Assembly: GCA_964016885.1 (NCBI GenBank)
Contig: OZ024740.1
Coordinates: forward strand, 363,072,001-363,136,000
Direction: 5' to 3'
DNA length: 64,000 nucleotides
Source: Eledone cirrhosa
Lineage: Eukaryota
Position numbers and translations under genes: made by a program. Under the pieces are notes generated by a model. It was not told where the DNA came from. It was given only the letters and a program-made list of their open reading frames with translations, and searched no databases. Position 1 is the first letter of the stretch. Every line of letters starts with the position of its first letter. Of this stretch, positions 19,249 to 38,003 are shown piece by piece.

Positions 19249-21677
19249 TTAACTGTATACTTTGTGAAAAGTTCTATGGAATTTATGAAGGCAGATGGAA
19301 AACAAATCCGAGCGTCTATTTATTATGGATTCTAGGTTAGAGATAATGGTAAATTTTTCATTTAGGCAGAGATTACAGATTTTAGATAGAGAACTGTTCA
19401 AGTACGAGGATGCAGAAGAAATCTTTTTCCAAAAGATGTTATATTTAATGTTTTTGTCTTTTAAGGACCATATGAGTTCTGAGAGAGCAGTGTTAGTTCT
19501 TTTAAGTTTGTATTTGAAAGATGAATGATGATTATAGAGACGAGCTTTAAAAGAGGTGGAAGTGGAGCCAAAATAGGTGAAGGAGTTGGTGCTAGTTATA
19601 ATTTTACATTCATAAATTAAGTTTTTATCGAGGCAATGGTTGTTGAGAGGACATTTATTTTTAATGCGGCAGTTGCAATTAGAGAGATTATTAATGAGTG
19701 ATCTAGTGTTATCTATAGAAGGAATTGGATTGGAGAAGTTGTTTGCGATAGGAATAATAGGAATAATAGTTTCTTGATTTAGAGTTGGATTATGAACATT
19801 TAGCGAAGTTGTGTTTGACGTTGCATTTGGGTTTACAGAAGTTAGCCTAGGGTTTACAATGACGTCAGGAGTACTATTATTGTTATTATGAGATTCAATA
19901 TTGGAAGGAAGAGATTTAGTATTTAATATTTTGTTGTTGTGTTTAGAAATGATGTTGGAAATATTGGAGGATGTAGAATACGAAAATTTAATGGTGTGTT
20001 TGTTAAATATTTTACTATAGATATGTGAGGGAGGGAAGCATTTATTTAAGGCACTAAAAAATAATTTAGGAATATTGTTATTAATAGAGATGGAGAAAGG
20101 AGCATTATACCAGATTATGTTTTTGTATCTAGGTCTTTTATTAAAATTATTGGAATGGTTATGATTAAATATTCTACTGTAAGTTTTCCTAGAATTTGTT
20201 TCTTTATTATATTTGATTTTATCTGGATAGCCAGCTTTAGAAAGTGCGTTATTATAGTAATTGGCGTTAGCATCAAAGATGTTTTTATTAGAAGATATGT
20301 TAGATATTCTATTTCCAATATTATTAACTATAGCATTCTTGATATTGGTAGGATGGTTAGATTTAAAGTTAACATAATTAAGATTCTCATTGTTTTTATG
20401 GTAAGGGTAATATAGGCCAGTGTCAAGATTAAGAGATACATCCAAGAAATTAGCTAGTTTGGTACTATTATCAAATTCAATTTTTAGGTTATGTTGGTTA
20501 AAGAGATTACGTATATTGTTCTTAATAATATTAAGTTTAACTATATTGCAATTTAGGATAGTAAAGAGTCCATCGTCACGATAAATTCCACCGCGAAGTT
20601 GAGGAATTTTCCGACTCAAAGAGTTCAAAATGAAGATACCAATTAAATCAGTCAATTGGGATGAATCGGATGCTCCCATTGTGATGTCGAAGTTGTTAGA
20701 GGTATCGGCTCTGGTCCAATATTCGTTGTTGAACTCTAGGATGGTTTTACGTGCGGTGAGGATGATGTGAAGTTCATCTGTGGTGATGTCAGAATATTTA
20801 AGTGCGAAAGATAGAGCATTATTGAGAAGTGAAGGCGAAATGGAGGAATAGTAGCTGGCAATATCGAATTGAATAAATTTTAGTTTGTTTTTATTATCCA
20901 ATTTGTTGAACCAGCCAATCACTTCAGAAGTACCAAACCATAAATTTAGGTTTAAAGAAGAGCAATTAGAACTAACCTGTGGGATAATCCTATCCAAGAT
21001 GGCTTTACTAACAACCCCCAGATCAGATTTAGAGGGGGCGATTAATCTAACAGGTAGTTCAGTGCGAAAATTGTTTTTGTGATCCTTGAGATTTATCCTC
21101 GGAGTTCTTGGGAGGAATGGTTCGGTCTTTTTTTCAATGCCAAGTTTTGACATAATCTCATAGGCTTCAAGGTTTATGCATTCTAAATTTTCATGGTTGG
21201 TTTTACGATACTTTTTCCTAAGTTCCTTTAGGATAAGGTTGTTATAATTATCCTTGGAAATACCATATAGGTTATTGGTTTTGTCAGAGTGGACTAAAAC
21301 ATTTTTTGAGGAATTTAGGTTAGAGATTGTGTTCTTGAGATTTACAAGGTGTCTTGTCCTTTGTAAGGGTATCTCTTGAATTTAAGATTTTTTATAATTT
21401 TAGTTAATTCTTCCTCGAATTGTGCTAGATTTTTGTTGGAAGGAGGATTTCGTCTGGAATTAAAAAGATGATCGAGGAAGTTGTGTTCTTTGGTATGAAA
21501 GTTCCCTTTTAGGCGCTGGTCATAGAAATAGGCTGTCCATCTAAGTCTTCTTACGAAGGAGTCAGTTTTTTCAATAAGAAGTTTGGTGAATTCAGATTTA
21601 CCAGGTATAGGAATGTCTTTAGTAGAATTGGTTATGTTGTAATAATCCATGTTGTAGAAGAAGAGGTGAAGGACCAT
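19249..21677 (-). pseudogene. Second PLE ORF copy, split by a 1-bp deletion at ~21351
   Basis: ACAAGGTGTCTTG versus ACAAGGTGCTCTTG in copy 1. Yields 122-aa + 634-aa ORFs otherwise matching copy 1; could be a consensus error. Confidence 0.85.
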
Positions 21678-21856
21678 CAAAAGGTATCCAATATGAGAGT
21701 AAGCGCTCAACCGTTAAGGAGCAAGTAAATGTAGGAGGTGAGTTTTATTGTAGTACAATAAAGCAATGCAGATATCGGATAAGAAGCACTCTACAGTTTG
21801 TGGGACTGGAGTATGCATAATATAAGATCAAAAGATGGTTAAAGGAGTTCAATATA

Positions 21857-21923
21857 TTTTATTATGCGCATTTCAAAAACAAACATCATCAAACAATAAT
21901 ATTTGTGTTTTCATCAGATAAAA
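21857..21923 (-). ncRNA. PLE pLTR hammerhead ribozyme (copy 3)
   Basis: Identical to 14070-14136. Confidence 0.85.
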
Positions 21924-23142
21924 CAGGAGAACATGATATGAAGGCTAAAAAAACACTTGTTGATAGTGCAGTTTTAAATCAACATATGAAAAGTGGTTTT
22001 AGATTGATGTGTGATATTGGGAAAAATATTTTATTTAGAGAGGGGGGGGAGAGAAAAGGATGAAAAGGGAAGGAGATGAGAGGGAGAGATGGGTGATAGA
22101 GAGAAAGAGATAGTTTTTATAACAGAGAGGAGATATATTTTATATAGAGGGGTTGAAAACCGTTGGAAGATACTGTATAAATTAAAAATTTTGAAAATTA
22201 ACGAAGGGAGGATATGTGCGAGGAAAAAATATATTATATTTAGGGAGGGGTGGGGGTGGAAAGGATGAAAAAAAGGGGAGGAGATGAGAGTGAAGGTGGA
22301 AAGGGAGAGATGGGTGATAGAGAGAAAGAGATAGTTTTTATAACTGAGAAAAAGATATAATGTTTTAATATAGAGAGGTTGGGAACCGTTGGAAGATAAT
22401 GTATAAATTAAAGGAATTTGAAAATTAACGAAGGGAAATTATGTATGGAGATAGAGAGAAAAAAATAACGAAGGGAGATTATGTATGGAGATAGAGAGAA
22501 AAAAATAATAATTGTGGGTGAATATTCAAAAGGAGAAATGTAGGAATCTTAAAATTAGCAAAGAGAAAATGTTTATGTATAGGATTTGAGAAAAATTTAT
22601 ATTGAATTCATATGTATTAATAATGAGTTCGTTGATGGGGAGAAAAAAATAATAATAATAAATTAAGGATGAAATTGAGATTAAAAAGATTTATGATAGA
22701 GAGAAAAAATAATAATGATTGCGGATGAATACTCAAAATGTCAAAAACAAATGTTATTGTTTTACGAAGAGATATAATGAGGGTGATGAGTAAACGGGTA
22801 TTATAGAGTGTATAATGCCCTTTAAAGTAAGGTAGATGGGTATATTTTAAAGAATATATGAGTATATATTAAAAAAAAATATATATAATAATAAATTAAG
22901 GATGAAATTGAGATTAAAAAGATTTATGATAGAGGGAAAAAAAATAATAATGATTGCGGATGAATATTCAAAATGTCAAAAACAAATGTTATTGTTTTAC
23001 GAGAAGATAGGATGAGGTAAATGAATAAACGAGTACTATAGAGTGTATAATGCCCTTAAGATAAGGTAGATGGGTATATTTTAAAGAGGTGTATGTATAT
23101 GTGCCTTTGAGAAAAGATTCTAAATTGATAAAGAATTGAATA

Positions 23143-23605
23143 TTAACTGTATACTTTGTGAAAAGTTCTATGGAATTTATGAAGGCAGATGGAAAACAAA
23201 TCCGAGCGTCTATTTATTATGGATTCTAGGTTAGAGATAATGGTAAATTTTTCATTTAGGCAGAGATTACAGATTTTAGATAGAGAACTGTTCAAGTACG
23301 AGGATGCAGAAGAAATCTTTTTCCAAAAGATGTTATATTTAATGTTTTTGTCTTTTAAGGACCATATGAGTTCTGAGAGAGCAGTGTTAGTTCTTTTAAG
23401 TTTGTATTTGAAAGATGAATGATGATTATAGAGACGAGCTTTAAAAGAGGTGGAAGTGGAGCCAAAATAGGTGAAGGAGTTGGTGCTAGTTATAATTTTA
23501 CATTCATAAATTAAGTTTTTATCGAGGCAATGGTTGTTGAGAGGACATTTATTTTTAATGCGGCAGTTGCAATTAGAGAGATTATTAATGAGTGATCTAG
23601 TGTTA
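23143..23605 (-). pseudogene. 5'-truncated third PLE ORF (GIY-YIG domain only)
   Basis: Matches 15354-15816; ends at the inversion junction. Confidence 0.85.
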
Positions 23606-23639
23606 GTTGCTTTATTGTACTACAATAAAACTCACCTCC

Positions 23640-26513
<2,874 letters not shown>

Positions 26514-26805
26514 CAAAATGAAAACGAAATTTCATTTCTCACTCTTAGTATGGCACTTACTTAAATGTAAGTATGCATGTATACGTACATACATATATGT
26601 ATACAGACGTACAGTAGCATGCACATATATATATATATATACATATATACATACATATGCATACAGGTACACATACATATATGCACGTATCAGTTTAGCG
26701 GCGCTAACGTCGCTTTGTTCGTTTGTAAACAAACTGAACAGCCTGAATTTATGCCATACGGTGTTAAGGCAACCACGTCACCTTTTGTTCAACACTGACA
26801 CAGGA

Positions 26806-26848
26806 ACGATGTACTAGTTTCAAGCTTGTTAGCTATCATCAGCACCGT
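26806..26848 (-). ncRNA. Minimal type I hammerhead (family A). Copies at 27272-27314, 27738-27780, 28199-28241
   Basis: ACGGTG-CTGATGA-TAGCT AACA AGCTT-GAAAC-TA-GTA-CATCGT. Palindromic stem III ACTAGT, GUA triplet. Confidence 0.8.
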
Positions 26849-26882
26849 TTACCCATCTGCCAGATAGTTGAACGTTCGAAAG

Positions 26883-26930
26883 TATATACTTTCCTTATGA
26901 AAATTAACGGCTGAGCAGCCTAATTTGCAT
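26883..26930 (-). promoter_or_regulatory. Putative octamer + PSE-like/TATA module (family A, one per unit)
   Basis: Sense strand ATGCAAAT-TAGGCTGC-TCAGCCGTTAATTTTCATAAGG-AAAG-TATATA. Conserved with families B and C; promoter function is inferred. Confidence 0.45.
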
Positions 26931-28562
26931 ATTGAGTGAGTTAAATCGGTCAGGCATACCGAAAACGATAAATTGAAACAAAATGAAAACGAAATTTCAT
27001 TTCTCACTCTTAGTATGGCACTTACTTAAATGTAAGTATGCATGTATACGTACATACATATATGTATACAGACGTACAGTAGCATGCACATATATATATA
27101 TATATACATATATACATACATATGCATACAGGTACACATACATATATGCACGTATCAGTTTAGCGGCGCTAACGTCGCTTTGTTCGTTTGTAAACAAACT
27201 GAACAGCCTGAATTTATGCCATACGGTGTTAAGGCAACCACGTCACCTTTTTGTTCAACACTGACACAGGAACGATGTACTAGTTTCAAGCTTGTTAGCT
27301 ATCATCAGCACCGTTTACCCATCTGCCAGATAGTTGAACGTTCGAAAGTATATACTTTCCTTATGAAAATTAACGGCTGAGCAGCCTAATTTGCATATTG
27401 AGTGAGTTAAATCGGTCAGGCATACCGAAAACGATAAATTGAAACAAAATGAAAACGAAATTTCATTTCTCACTCTTAGTATGGCACTTACTTAAATGTA
27501 AGTATGCATGTATACGTACATACATATATGTATACAGACGTACAGTAGCATGCACATATATATATATATATACATATATACATACATATGCATACAGGTA
27601 CACATACATATATGCACGTATCAGTTTAGCGGCGCTAACGTCGCTTTGTTCGTTTGTAAACAAACTGAACAGCCTGAATTTATGCCATACGGTGTTAAGG
27701 CAACCACGTCACCTTTTTGTTCAACACTGACACAGGAACGATGTACTAGTTTCAAGCTTGTTAGCTATCATCAGCACCGTTTACCCATCTGCAGATAGTT
27801 GAACGTTCGAAAGTATACTTTCCTTATGAAAATTAACGGCTGAGCAGCCTAATTTGCATATTGAGTGAGTTAAATCGGTCAGGCATACCGAAAACGATAA
27901 ATTGAAACAAAATGAAAACGAAATTTCATTTCTCACTCTTAGTATGGCACTTACTTAAATGTAAGTATGCATGTATACGTACATACATATATGTATACAG
28001 ACGTACAGTAGCATGCACATATATATATATATACATATATACATACATATGCATACAGGTACACATACATATATGCACGTATCAGTTTAGCGGCGCTAAC
28101 GTCGCTTTGTTCGTTTGTAAACAAACTGAACAGCCTGAATTTATGCCATACGGTGTTAAGGCAACCACGTCACCTTTTTGTTCAACACTGACACAGGAAC
28201 GATGTACTAGTTTCAAGCTTGTTAGCTATCATCAGCACCGTTTACCCATCTGCCAGATAGTTGAACGTTCGAAAGTATATACTTTCCTTATGAAAATTAA
28301 CGGCTGAGCAGTGTCGTTCCTGTGTCAGTGTTGAACAAAAAGGTGACGTGGTTGCCTTAACACCGTATGGCATAAATTCAGGCTGTTCAGTTTGTTTACA
28401 AACGAACAAAGCGACGTTAGCGCCGCTAAACTGATACGTGCATATATGTATGTGTACCTGTATGCATATGTATGTATATATGTATATATATATATATATG
28501 TGCATGCTACTGTACGTCTGTATACATATATGTATGTACGTATACATGCATACTTACATTTA

Positions 28563-30266
<1,704 letters not shown>

Positions 30267-30554
30267 CAAATAACGAAACGAAATTAAACCTCGCTTCGTT
30301 TGTAACTCACTTTTGTATGACTGACGCTTAAACAATTAAGTTAAAAATGTACATCCACATATGTATACTGAAATACTAGTATGCATATGAATACACACAC
30401 GTATACATATGTAGATGTACCGAGTTTTTCACTGGTCACTTTACTGCGAGTGTCCAGCTATTCTGTATGTAAACACACAGACAAACCGGTTTTTAGAGTC
30501 ATACTGGTTTTTGAGGAAACACCTTTCCTCTATTCTCCAGAAAGCCAGACAAGG

Positions 30555-30599
30555 AATATTGAACTAGTTTCGATGTTGTTACATCTCATCAGCAATATT
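30555..30599 (-). ncRNA. Minimal type I hammerhead (family B), repeated every 466 bp to 35681-35725 (12 copies)
   Basis: AATATTG-CTGATGA-GATGT AACA ACATC-GAAAC-TA-GTT-CAATATT. 7-bp stem I, 5-bp stem II, palindromic ACTAGT stem III, GUU triplet. Confidence 0.88.
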
Positions 30600-30644
30600 T
30601 ACCTATCTTCCGGCCTCTCTAGAGAATCGTAAAAGCACATATCG

Positions 30645-30692
30645 TTATATGCTTTTTCTATGAAAATTAGTAGTGGGCAGACTAATTTGCAT
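30645..30692 (-). promoter_or_regulatory. Putative octamer + PSE-like module (family B, one per unit)
   Basis: Sense strand ATGCAAAT-TAGTCTGC-CCACTACTAATTTTCATAGAA-AAAG-CATATAA. Confidence 0.45.
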
Positions 30693-33600
30693 AGAGCGTG
30701 AGTACGTACCGGTTCAACGGAGACGATAAAAACAAATAACGAAACGAAATTAAACCTCGCTTCGTTTGTAACTCACTTTTGTATGACTGACGCTTAAACA
30801 ATTAAGTTAAAAATGTACATCCACATATGTATACTGAAATACTAGTATGCATATGAATACACACACGTATACATATGTAGATGTACCGAGTTTTTCACTG
30901 GTCACTTTACTGCGAGTGTCCAGCTATTCTGTATGTAAACACACAGACAAACCGGTTTTTAGAGTCATACTGGTTTTTGAGGAAACACCTTTCCTCTATT
31001 CTCCAGAAAGCCAGACAAGGAATATTGAACTAGTTTCGATGTTGTTACATCTCATCAGCAATATTTACCTATCTTCCGGCCTCTCTAGAGAATCGTAAAA
31101 GCACATATCGTTATATGCTTTTTCTATGAAAATTAGTAGTGGGCAGACTAATTTGCATAGAGCGTGAGTACGTACCGGTTCAACGGAGACGATAAAAACA
31201 AATAACGAAACGAAATCAAACCTCGCTTCGTTTGTAACTCACTTTTGTATGACTGACGCTTAAACAATTAAGTTAAAAATGTACATCCACATATGTATAC
31301 TGAAATACTAGTATGCATATGAATACACACACGTATACATATGTAGATGTACCGAGTTTTTCACTGGTCACTTTACTGCGAGTGTCCAGCTATTCTGTAT
31401 GTAAACACACAGACAAACCGGTTTTTAGAGTCATACTGGTTTTTGAGGAAACACCTTTCCTCTATTCTCCAGAAAGCCAGACAAGGAATATTGAACTAGT
31501 TTCGATGTTGTTACATCTCATCAGCAATATTTACCTATCTTCCGGCCTCTCTAGAGAATCGTAAAAGCACATATCGTTATATGCTTTTTCTATGAAAATT
31601 AGTAGTGGGCAGACTAATTTGCATAGAGCGTGAGTACGTACCGGTTCAACGGAGACGATAAAAACAAATAACGAAACGAAATTAAACCTCGCTTCGTTTG
31701 TAACTCACTTTTGTATGACTGACGCTTAAACAATTAAGTTAAAAATGTACATCCACATATGTATACTGAAATACTAGTATGCATATGAATACACACACGT
31801 ATACATATGTAGATGTACCGAGTTTTTCACTGGTCACTTTACTGCGAGTGTCCAGCTATTCTGTATGTAAACACACAGACAAACCGGTTTTTAGAGTCAT
31901 ACTGGTTTTTGAGGAAACACCTTTCCTCTATTCTCCAGAAAGCCAGACAAGGAATATTGAACTAGTTTCGATGTTGTTACATCTCATCAGCAATATTTAC
32001 CTATCTTCCGGCCTCTCTAGAGAATCGTAAAAGCACATATCGTTATATGCTTTTTCTATGAAAATTAGTAGTGGGCAGACTAATTTGCATAGAGCGTGAG
32101 TACGTACCGGTTCAACGGAGACGATAAAAACAAATAACGAAACGAAATCAAACCTCGCTTCGTTTGTAACTCACTTTTGTATGACTGACGCTTAAACAAT
32201 TAAGTTAAAAATGTACATCCACATATGTATACTGAAATACTAGTATGCATATGAATACACACACGTATACATATGTAGATGTACCGAGTTTTTCACTGGT
32301 CACTTTACTGCGAGTGTCCAGCTATTCTGTATGTAAACACACAGACAAACCGGTTTTTAGAGTCATACTGGTTTTTGAGGAAACACCTTTCCTCTATTCT
32401 CCAGAAAGCCAGACAAGGAATATTGAACTAGTTTCGATGTTGTTACATCTCATCAGCAATATTTACCTATCTTCCGGCCTCTCTAGAGAATCGTAAAAGC
32501 ACATATCGTTATATGCTTTTTCTATGAAAATTAGTAGTGGGCAGACTAATTTGCATAGAGCGTGAGTACGTACCGGTTCAACGGAGACGATAAAAACAAA
32601 TAACGAAACGAAATTAAACCTCGCTTCGTTTGTAACTCACTTTTGTATGACTGACGCTTAAACAATTAAGTTAAAAATGTACATCCACATATGTATACTG
32701 AAATACTAGTATGCATATGAATACACACACGTATACATATGTAGATGTACCGAGTTTTTCACTGGTCACTTTACTGCGAGTGTCCAGCTATTCTGTATGT
32801 AAACACACAGACAAACCGGTTTTTAGAGTCATACTGGTTTTTGAGGAAACACCTTTCCTCTATTCTCCAGAAAGCCAGACAAGGAATATTGAACTAGTTT
32901 CGATGTTGTTACATCTCATCAGCAATATTTACCTATCTTCCGGCCTCTCTAGAGAATCGTAAAAGCACATATCGTTATATGCTTTTTCTATGAAAATTAG
33001 TAGTGGGCAGACTAATTTGCATAGAGCGTGAGTACGTACCGGTTCAACGGAGACGATAAAAACAAATAACGAAACGAAATCAAACCTCGCTTCGTTTGTA
33101 ACTCACTTTTGTATGACTGACGCTTAAACAATTAAGTTAAAAATGTACATCCACATATGTATACTGAAATACTAGTATGCATATGAATACACACACGTAT
33201 ACATATGTAGATGTACCGAGTTTTTCACTGGTCACTTTACTGCGAGTGTCCAGCTATTCTGTATGTAAACACACAGACAAACCGGTTTTTAGAGTCATAC
33301 TGGTTTTTGAGGAAACACCTTTCCTCTATTCTCCAGAAAGCCAGACAAGGAATATTGAACTAGTTTCGATGTTGTTACATCTCATCAGCAATATTTACCT
33401 ATCTTCCGGCCTCTCTAGAGAATCGTAAAAGCACATATCGTTATATGCTTTTTCTATGAAAATTAGTAGTGGGCAGACTAATTTGCATAGAGCGTGAGTA
33501 CGTACCGGTTCAACGGAGACGATAAAAACAAATAACGAAACGAAATTAAACCTCGCTTCGTTTGTAACTCACTTTTGTATGACTGACACTTAAACAATTA

Positions 33601-36222
33601 AGTTAAAAATGTACATCCACATATGTATACTGAAATACTAGTATGCATATGAATACACACACGTATACATATGTAGATGTACCGAGTTTTTCACTGGTCA
33701 CTTTACTGCGAGTGTCCAGCTATTCTGTATGTAAACACACAGACAAACCGGTTTTTAGAGTCATACTGGTTTTTGAGGAAACACCTTTCCTCTATTCTCC
33801 AGAAAGCCAGACAAGGAATATTGAACTAGTTTCGATGTTGTTACATCTCATCAGCAATATTTACCTATCTTCCGGCCTCTCTAGAGAATCGTAAAAGCAC
33901 ATATCGTTATATGCTTTTTCTATGAAAATTAGTAGTGGGCAGACTAATTTGCATAGAGCGTGAGTACGTACCGGTTCAACGGAGACGATAAAAACAAATA
34001 ACGAAACGAAATTAAACCTCGCTTCGTTTGTAACTCACTTTTGTATGACTGACACTTAAACAATTAAGTTAAAAATGTACATCCACATATGTATACTGAA
34101 ATACTAGTATGCATATGAATACACACACGTATACATATGTAGATGTACCGAGTTTTTCACTGGTCACTTTACTGCGAGTGTCCAGCTATTCTGTATGTAA
34201 ACACACAGACAAACCGGTTTTTAGAGTCATACTGGTTTTTGAGGAAACACCTTTCCTCTATTCTCCAGAAAGCCAGACAAGGAATATTGAACTAGTTTCG
34301 ATGTTGTTACATCTCATCAGCAATATTTACCTATCTTCCGGCCTCTCTAGAGAATCGTAAAAGCACATATCGTTATATGCTTTTTCTATGAAAATTAGTA
34401 GTGGGCAGACTAATTTGCATAGAGCGTGAGTACGTACCGGTTCAACGGAGACGATAAAAACAAATAACGAAACGAAATTAAACCTCGCTTCGTTTGTAAC
34501 TCACTTTTGTATGACTGACACTTAAACAATTAAGTTAAAAATGTACATCCACATATGTATACTGAAATACTAGTATGCATATGAATACACACACGTATAC
34601 ATATGTAGATGTACCGAGTTTTTCACTGGTCACTTTACTGCGAGTGTCCAGCTATTCTGTATGTAAACACACAGACAAACCGGTTTTTAGAGTCATACTG
34701 GTTTTTGAGGAAACACCTTTCCTCTATTCTCCAGAAAGCCAGACAAGGAATATTGAACTAGTTTCGATGTTGTTACATCTCATCAGCAATATTTACCTAT
34801 CTTCCGGCCTCTCTAGAGAATCGTAAAAGCACATATCGTTATATGCTTTTTCTATGAAAATTAGTAGTGGGCAGACTAATTTGCATAGAGCGTGAGTACG
34901 TACCGGTTCAACGGAGACGATAAAAACAAATAACGAAACGAAATTAAACCTCGCTTCGTTTGTAACTCACTTTTGTATGACTGACACTTAAACAATTAAG
35001 TTAAAAATGTACATCCACATATGTATACTGAAATACTAGTATGCATATGAATACACACACGTATACATATGTAGATGTACCGAGTTTTTCACTGGTCACT
35101 TTACTGCGAGTGTCCAGCTATTCTGTATGTAAACACACAGACAAACCGGTTTTTAGAGTCATACTGGTTTTTGAGGAAACACCTTTCCTCTATTCTCCAG
35201 AAAGCCAGACAAGGAATATTGAACTAGTTTCGATGTTGTTACATCTCATCAGCAATATTTACCTATCTTCCGGCCTCTCTAGAGAATCGTAAAAGCACAT
35301 ATCGTTATATGCTTTTTCTATGAAAATTAGTAGTGGGCAGACTAATTTGCATAGAGCGTGAGTACGTACCGGTTCAACGGAGACGATAAAAACAAATAAC
35401 GAAACGAAATTAAACCTCGCTTCGTTTGTAACTCACTTTTGTATGACTGACACTTAAACAATTAAGTTAAAAATGTACATCCACATATGTATACTGAAAT
35501 ACTAGTATGCATATGAATACACACACGTATACATATGTAGATGTACCGAGTTTTTCACTGGTCACTTTACTGCGAGTGTCCAGCTATTCTGTATGTAAAC
35601 ACACAGACAAACCGGTTTTTAGAGTCATACTGGTTTTTGAGGAAACACCTTTCCTCTATTCTCCAGAAAGCCAGACAAGGAATATTGAACTAGTTTCGAT
35701 GTTGTTACATCTCATCAGCAATATTTACCTATCTTCCGGCCTCTCTAGAGAATCGTAAAAGCACATATCGTTATATGCTTTTTCTATGAAAATTAGTAGT
35801 GGGCAGACTAATTTGCATAGAGCATGAGTACGTACCGGTTCAACGGAGACGATAAAAACAAATAACGATATTCCTTGTCTGGCTTTCTGGAGAATAGAGG
35901 AAAGGTGTTTCCTCAAAAACCAGTATGACTCTAAAAACCGGTTTGTCTGTGTGTTTACATACAGAATAGCTGGACACTCGCAGTAAAGTGACCAGTGAAA
36001 AACTCGGTACATCTACATATGTATACGTGTGTGTATTCATATGCATACTAGTATTTCAGTATACATATGTGGATGTACATTTTTAACTTAATTGTTTAAG
36101 TGTCAGTCATACAAAAGTGAGTTACAAACGAAGCGAGGTTTAATTTCGTTTCGTTATTTGTTTTTATATATATATATATATATATATTATATACTATATA
36201 TATATATATATACTATATATAC

Positions 36223-36253
<31 letters not shown>

Positions 36254-36524
36254 CTATATATATATATATATACTATATATACTATATATATATATATATA
36301 TTATATATTATATATATATATTATATATTATATATATATATATATACTATATATACTATATATATATATATATATATTATATATTATATATATATATTTA
36401 TATATATATTATATATTATATATATATATATATACTATATATACTATATATATATATTATATATATATATTATATATTATATATATATATATACTATATA
36501 TACTATATATATATATATATATAT

Positions 36525-36564
<40 letters not shown>

Positions 36565-36685
36565 TATATATATATATATATTATATATATATATATATTA
36601 TATATTATATATATATATATATATATATTTATACTATATATACTTTTTCCTCCCTCATATCAAAAATTTGAAGACATTTCACTAT

Positions 36686-36759
36686 TCACCTGACGAGATC
36701 AGTGACAATCGATCATGGCCGCACGATCGATCTATCTCATATTGAAACATATGTCGTGA
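36686..36759 (+). ncRNA. Probable type I hammerhead (family F island ~36642-36940 within AT repeats)
   Basis: TCAC-CTGACGA-(long stem II region including ATCGATC/GATCGAT)-GAAAC-ATAT-GTC-GTGA. Palindromic stem III ACATATGT; base of stem II imperfect. Confidence 0.6.
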
Positions 36760-37020
36760 TTAAAATGATTAGAAAATTATACCATGCCTTCGGATCTTTA
36801 TTTTGATACAAATACTCAGTTTTACCTCATCTAGCTGTCCCCATAAATGGAATTGGAGTTATACAAAAACGTGGAGAACTTAATATTGCTAACAAAAGTT
36901 TATTGGACCGTTTGACACAACCAATAATACACCTTACTATATATATATATATATAAAAGAAAATTTCGCTCAACATGGCTGAATACAATAAATGTAATCT
37001 GAGTATTTAGAATATTAATA

Positions 37021-37210
37021 ATTGTTTCTAATTTTGGCACAAGGCCAGCAATAAACCAGTGCATTACTGGTACTTTATTTTATCGGCACCGTAAGGATGA
37101 AAGGCAAAGTTAACCTCGGCGGGATTTGATCTCAAACCATAAAGGGCCGTAAATCTTTGCTGCAAAGCATGACGTCTGACAATCTACCGATACTGCCAAT
37201 CCACCGCTCT
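37021..37210 (-). mobile_element. SINE inserted into family C, with TSD ~GAATATTAATAAT
   Basis: Homologous to 63297-63487 and other copies. Flanked by TTTAGAATATTAATAAT / TTTCGAATATTAATAAT. Confidence 0.75.
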
Positions 37211-37329
37211 TTTTCGAATATTAATAATAACACTCGATTCGTTTACAATTATGCAAACAAGCCTCTTCTTTTATAACCATGTCAGTAAAAAGAACACTTC
37301 ATTCTTGCTCTTATGTTGGCATGTGAACA

Positions 37330-37379
37330 GAACTGCAGACACTAATGTTTCTGGGTATCACCCTTCATCAGTACAGTTC
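37330..37379 (-). ncRNA. Type I hammerhead (family C)
   Basis: GAACTGTA-CTGATGA-AGGGT GAT ACCCA-GAAAC-ATTAGT-GTC-TGCAGTTC. 8-bp stem I, GUC triplet. Confidence 0.8.
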
Positions 37380-37407
37380 ACCTGCCAAACTCTCAAAGCT
37401 AGTGAAA

Positions 37408-37523
37408 ATATATGCTATTTTCAAAAGTAAACGGTGACTGATCGGCCTGATTTGCATATTAGCAGACTGGCTGATCAGTCAGATCTGCATATTAGCAGAT
37501 CCACTGATCAGCCAGATTTGCAT
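37408..37523 (-). promoter_or_regulatory. Three octamer motifs at 33-bp spacing, followed by a PSE-like box and ATATAT (family C)
   Basis: Plus-strand ATTTGCAT at 37450 and 37516, ATCTGCAT at 37483. Sense TCACCGTTTACTTTTGAAAAT at 37437-37417. Confidence 0.5.
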
Positions 37524-37962
37524 ATCAGCAGACACGCCAGTCAGTTTCCTGTATACGAGCGATAAATGGCCGGCTTTGCCAAATTCAAATAAAAAAGAAA
37601 ATTTCGCTCTACATGGCTGAATACAATAAATGTAATCTCAGTTTTTCGAATATTAAAAATAACACTCGATTCGTTTACAATTATGCAAACAAGCCTCAAT
37701 TTTATAGCCATGTCAGTAGAATGAACAATTCATTCTTGCTCTTATGTTGGCATGCGAACAGAACTGCGGTGATACCCAGAAACATTAGTGTCTGCAGTTC
37801 TGTTTACATGCCAACACAAGAGCAAGAATGAAGTGTTCATTCTACTGACATGGCTATAAAATTGAGGATGTTTGCATAATTGCAAACGAATCGAATGTTA
37901 TTATTAATATTCGAAAAACTCAGATTACATTTATTGTATTCAGCCATGTAGAGCGAAATTTT

Positions 37963-38003
<41 letters not shown>

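Larger units (their letters stand above)
36956..37966 (-). mobile_element. Non-autonomous HHR retroelement family C: ~1.4 units (~430 bp) plus inverted arm 37768-37966, interrupted by a SINE
   Basis: AAGAAAATTTCGCT..ACATGGCTGAATAC is repeated at 36957 and ~37595 and inverted at the right end. Flanked by (AT)n. Confidence 0.8.
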
